Shown here one piece after another: positions 51,706 through 64,000 of a stretch of 64,000 nt of DNA. The position numbers and the translations under genes were made by a program. The DNA is from Lingula anatina (Eukaryota; Animalia; Brachiopoda): NCBI GenBank assembly GCA_051362555.1, contig CM120640.1:5952001-6016000 (forward strand). Reading direction: 5' to 3'. The notes beneath the pieces were generated by a model. That model saw only the letters and a program-made list of their open reading frames with translations, made no database searches and was not told the origin of the DNA. Each line of letters begins with the position of its first letter. Within the stretch, counting starts at the first letter, position 1.

Positions 51706-54299
51706 TCCTTTAAAATTTACAATCAGTCATTTCAAGGAATTAGTCCAATTCCTTGGTTATTTCCAAACCTTCCTTACAGAAAGCCAACTTTTGGAGGTTG
51801 TGGAAGCACAGCTGTGACCAGACCACTCAGTCACATCAACAGGAGACTAATAAGCCTTTCATTGTTGCTAATATCCCATAATAACTTGGGCACAATGAAG
51901 GTACTTTCCTGTTATGCTTGGTTAAACAATAAGAAGCAAACCAACAAGTGAAAGGCCAAATGATCAAGTACTTTGAGCCATAATGAGTAATTGTACTGTT
52001 AAGAATGAGACTATTCTCCAACTCCCAGCACAATGTACCAGTCATGCCTTCACAACCAAATAGGATTATCCTGATGCAAAATATAACTATGACCCCCTCC
52101 CCTCAGGTTATGAGTAAATATACACTAAATACAGCAGATGCAGAAGCATAATTATATTCTTAAATATGCCTTGCTGCACATTTGGCAGGTTATATCACAA
52201 TATTTTAGATAATTTGAAGAAATAAAGGGCACAGAAAGTGTTCAGACCATCAGCATCTCTTACATTTTACAGTCCTCATGTACGTTCCGTATTTTTTAAA
52301 TTACCAGTGCTATTTGTACATGTTCCTATGTGGATCTAGGCTCATTCTACTTTATCAAAATAAATGAAAATGCAGCTAAACTAATCTCCAAAGCAAATTG
52401 AAATGTTTTCAACAATGACAAAAAATTTGCAAACAAGCCCACTCCAGTAATGACCCATGAATAAGTAGGATCATGCTGACAGACAAGTTGATCTCCTCTG
52501 GTTTCCCATTAGCAGAGGAAATGAATATCATGTTTATTCACCCAATGAGGCGATAATTTCTAAAGAATAATTCAACTGTAAATACTTGAAAAAAAAAAAG
52601 CTGCTGATTCTTAATTCTAATTTCATTTCCACCGAATAAAATTCAGCTTAATTTACTTTTCTATATATTAGTTCTATAAGGCCATTATGCCATGTTCCAA
52701 CCAGAAAAATCTATGCTGTGAACCTAGTTGATCTAAAGACTCATTAAAATGCTTTAAAAAACCAAATCACAGGTTGTTTTGGTTAAATTCATATCCAGAA
52801 ATAATGAATATCAGGAAACTAAGCCTCATAACATTCATGTACAGATACTTTTTCTGCAACAATTTACAGTTGAATAAACAACACCCACTGCAGGAGATCT
52901 GACAAAAGGTAGTCTCAGGTGAATCTAAACCTTTTCCAAACAAAACACCAAAGATTATGTTTCAACACCACAGCATGTTATAAAACATCCATATCTCTGT
53001 TGTTTATCAAAAAAAGGAAAAGAAATTTGCTGAACTTGAATCAAAACATTCAAAATCAATCTACAGGAAAAACAAACTAAATTATTTCTGGCAAAAGGTC
53101 TAAGCAAACTCTATAAATACAAGAAAACATATGGTCAATAAGAAATGAGACCAAGTTTTGCTATGAATGCTACATGTTAACCTATAAAATGTCACTCACC
53201 AAATGGGTATTTTTTTTCTTGTTAGCAAAGCCCTCACATCTTACAGTTAACCAATGGCAATCAAATCCAAAGAAACACATCCTGTGCCAGTTTTTATTCG
53301 TTTTTTTTTTTTTGTTGTTGTTTTTCCTCAAATCATGATTCATTATTTTCAACAGAAAAGTGATCACTTCATATCCTGATCTTCACACAAACTAACCAGC
53401 AGGGTATTTATTTAAAAATGCCAAAATATATTGTAACAAATTAAACAATAGCCCACTTTTGTTTATCTCATGACACTTATGGTCAATGCTTCACAAACCA
53501 TGTATTTTACTACAAAAGGTGGGATACCATCTGCTTCCTATTGGGTTAATTTGGATGGAAGGAAGGAAGGAAGAAAGGAGGGGGTTGTGGTATAGGTATT
53601 CCTGTATACCTCATAACATTGCAGGTGCTGACCTCAAGTCACTTGTCGTAACCTAATTCATATGTTCAACCACAAGACACTTATGAGGTTCCTCTACCAA
53701 GCTATATTCTATTTTACATTAATTTAAGCTGTACTTATAGGGTGTTTATAGAATATAGACCAGGAAGTTGCACTTGAACAAATCCAACTAGTGTGTTTGC
53801 ATCTCCATCACGTCAGTATATTGGTTTATCCTTATTCAAATATAAAATATCACACTGACATACTTTTGTAATACATAACATTAGGATATTTACACTGTAT
53901 TTCAGTTTGCCCATTCCTTACCGCTTAAGTCTGAATTATACCTACTGCAAGCATAGCAAATAACAGGACATTTACACAACTTCCATCTGCTGATCGAAAG
54001 TAAATATATTATTTTATGAATTGCATAAATGTACCATTTGCCAAAAGACAAAAAGGATGTAAAATCACAAGACCACAAGCACATTTTAACAGAAGACTTA
54101 AAAACACTTCTTGTACTTTCATATGGTTTTTAGTGTGCTTGGTGAGACCTAAACTGCATCTAGACTGCTGTTACTGGATTTACTTTAGCCCATACTTAAC
54201 CAAGAGAAATAGATACTTTCTTACACAAGTCTTTCACGCAAATTATGTGCAAAATTCCTGTTTCAACAGAAAATCAAATAACAATCATACATCAATTTT

Positions 54300-55879
54300 T
54301 GAATTTCACGTTAAAAAGAAGGGAAACAAAGGAAAAACGGCCTACGGTAAATGGAAGAAAACAAAAGATAATTAGTGCACACCACGGATAAATGTCACAT
54401 TGGCAAAATGTATAGCCTGCATGGCAACAATCACACCATGACACTGCTTCATGTAGCAACAGTTTTTGCAATATTCAACAGCCATAGAACTCGCCAGGCT
54501 TATAAATCGAAAGACGCTGCACATCTTGAGACAGAGATGTTTATAATTCTATTTTCCCAACGGTATCAAATTGTCATAATTGGCAGTGAAAAGGCTGTAT
54601 TATCCATATAATCACATTAATAGAAAAAAGTCAACTGGGGCACCAAAAAAGCAATTTCCATAATGATATCGATTGCTTTCATAATTATGTTGACATGTGT
54701 TGACACTCGCGACGGCTGGTTGACAACTCTCAACACACCACCGACCACTAGACCCCCCTAATCTTACAGCTGTCACAAAAATCAAGTGTATTCAATCTAG
54801 TGGGCAGTTCCTTCCGATTGAGAGTAAAATATATTGAACTAAATTTCACTGGACCATATTTTACGTTACCTGCATTTTGAAAGTCGTCAACACTGAGATG
54901 TATGTTTGGCTCATATAGACGGTCGCAACCCAGGAGACCTTAGTCTGTCATCTGAGACTTGTGCATTTACCTCATCGTGAATACTCAAAATTTTCTTTTA
55001 GGAAAATAATTGTATAAGCTTTTGCGTCACCCTTTTTCGTCTACATTAATTTGATGCTATGAAATGATATTACACACTACATTGTTGGAGAATGAGTATA
55101 TTCCGGATTTCCGATCGGTCTTTTATTGCCATCAATGTGGTAGTTGAGTTGTGCAGAGTACTATGGTGCGTTGTGGTCTTCACTGCCAAAGGCATTTTCA
55201 TTCTCACGATCTGAACGCAAAAAATATCATTGATCCAAACCTTTGCTAATCTGAATTTTTTACCTCGAGAGAGAATCCGACAGTATATATACAAGTTATA
55301 ACTTGAGATATAAGTATAGAACTTTTAGAAAGAATGAAGCTTTCCGAAAGTATATAAAACAGGTACCTAGTTCAACCAAGGAGTTATTATAACTCCTTGG
55401 TTCAACGTGAAGAAGGACTGTGTGTTTATGTTCGAAGCAATGGACCTTCTTCACTTTAATGAAATGTCGGAATCAACAGAAATTATTACTAATTAAGGAT
55501 AAAGATTTGAGGCAGTTTTAATTATTACTATTATTTTTATTAAAAATATTCTGGCAACCTGTAAAGAGCTAAATAAACATGGCGAAATCAGATAAATTTA
55601 AAATTACTAACTGGTCAGAACAAAAATATTGATGGCTATTGAAAAATAAGATAAAACTTCCATTAAATAAACTAAGAAAAAATATTTAACTTAAAAGATA
55701 ACCAGTCAGATTTGGAGCTCGTATATAGATAAAATCCCTAATCACTCGTTTGGACTTGATTGGTCATCCTTATAGGGATATTTGTTGGTTTGTCTCGGTT
55801 CTAGAATACAATCTGTGATCAGGGGCGTTTTTTATTTTTGTGAACAATTTTTTGCCTTTTTTCACACGATTATTCAAGT

Positions 55880-55952
<73 letters not shown>

Positions 55953-56640
55953 GCCCCCTCTACATTTGTATAGTAAAATACTATAGGGATAAGTACTTTC
56001 GTTTTAACTTGAGCATTCACATAATGCACTGTACTGAGTAATAATGAAATACTTTTCTTAAAATACAATGTTATGTTGTTCAATATATCAATTCAATTGT
56101 ATTTAACGTTTTACCTATCTTTTTCCAAATATTTCTGTTAGAACATTAAGTGTCTACCCACCCCATAATTTTTTTCTGGGTGAAAAATAATAATGAATTT
56201 AAACAAAATGACGTGGGGCACGTTGTAGGACTTGTAGATCTAAGGTGAACAATATTTGTTTGACAAAAACTGCTGTGATAATGCATAAATCTACGTCATA
56301 AGTAAATGGAATGATTGTCTTCGCCATCTGGTTTTCCGGATCTTTGTTTTTGATTACTATGCAAGAACATCGCCGTACGAAGCAAGGAAGAGTAGGAACG
56401 ATGACCAGAACACATCAGCGATAGATCTTCTTCAAGTGAACCGCTCTTTTGAAAAGCTAGTCCGCAGAAACAGTTGGAAACGTAGCGGCTTCTCACAGAT
56501 AAATCTGATTTATCGATTTTATGTGATTTGAAATCAATTTAGCTTAATTTTATTTTCACAGTGATTATAAGTCCCTTTTGGTGGAAATGTAAATTAAAGT
56601 ATATTCTTCAATTATTTAATGCGGAGCTATTTCTTCAAAG
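54300..56640. promoter_or_regulatory. CpG-richer divergent promoter region between the semaphorin (-) and CPD (+)
   Basis: CpG dinucleotides visibly reappear from ~54.3 kb into CPD exon 1 after ~40 kb of depletion. A minus-strand donor (GCAG|GTAACG at ~54870) would fit a first non-coding semaphorin exon. No TSS was mapped. Confidence 0.5.
55883..55948. repeat. (TA)n microsatellite
   Basis: Long perfect TA run. It explains the spurious IYIYIY ORFs. Confidence 0.95.

Positions 56641-64000
<7,360 letters not shown>

Noticed and set aside
37000-55300. Many 60-120 aa ORFs in the track
   Set aside because: Low-complexity, AT-driven composition with no domain motifs and no phase-compatible exon series; consistent with chance ORFs.
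55782-56083. ORFs with IYIYIY repeats
   Set aside because: Translation artefact of the (TA)n microsatellite.
55000-56640. Alternative first coding exon of CPD, as in the fly silver 1A/1B forms
   Set aside because: No second signal-peptide or carboxypeptidase-like exon was found upstream of 56641.

Overview
This is AT-rich, intron-containing animal genomic DNA. It is probably a protostome or lophotrochozoan invertebrate, inferred from the class-2 semaphorin and the mosaic CpG pattern. I reconstructed three multi-exon genes by hand, each with GT-AG junctions and consistent phases. (1) 4117-17393 (+): 23 coding exons, about 1343 aa, a receptor tyrosine kinase with an unusual chimeric architecture. 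It runs signal peptide, usherin (USH2A)-type N-terminus (laminin N-terminal start, LamG-like domain, rest of LN), about 2.75 laminin-EGF repeats, three plexin/MET-type IPT domains, a transmembrane helix, an intact MET/RON-class kinase and a Tyr-rich docking tail. It has no Sema or PSI domain. (2) 19535-36349 (-): 17 coding exons, about 676 aa, a secreted Sema-PSI-Ig class-2 semaphorin. It lies tail-to-tail with the RTK and probably has a long 5' non-coding region reaching the CpG-rich zone near 55 kb. (3) 56641->64000 (+): carboxypeptidase D, with two apparently active domains and a degenerate third domain, running off the window. Introns carry several MITE-like elements, hairpins, tandem repeats and microsatellites. 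The main candidate novelty is the usherin-ectodomain/MET-kinase fusion receptor. Family assignments come from motif recall, not from database searches.
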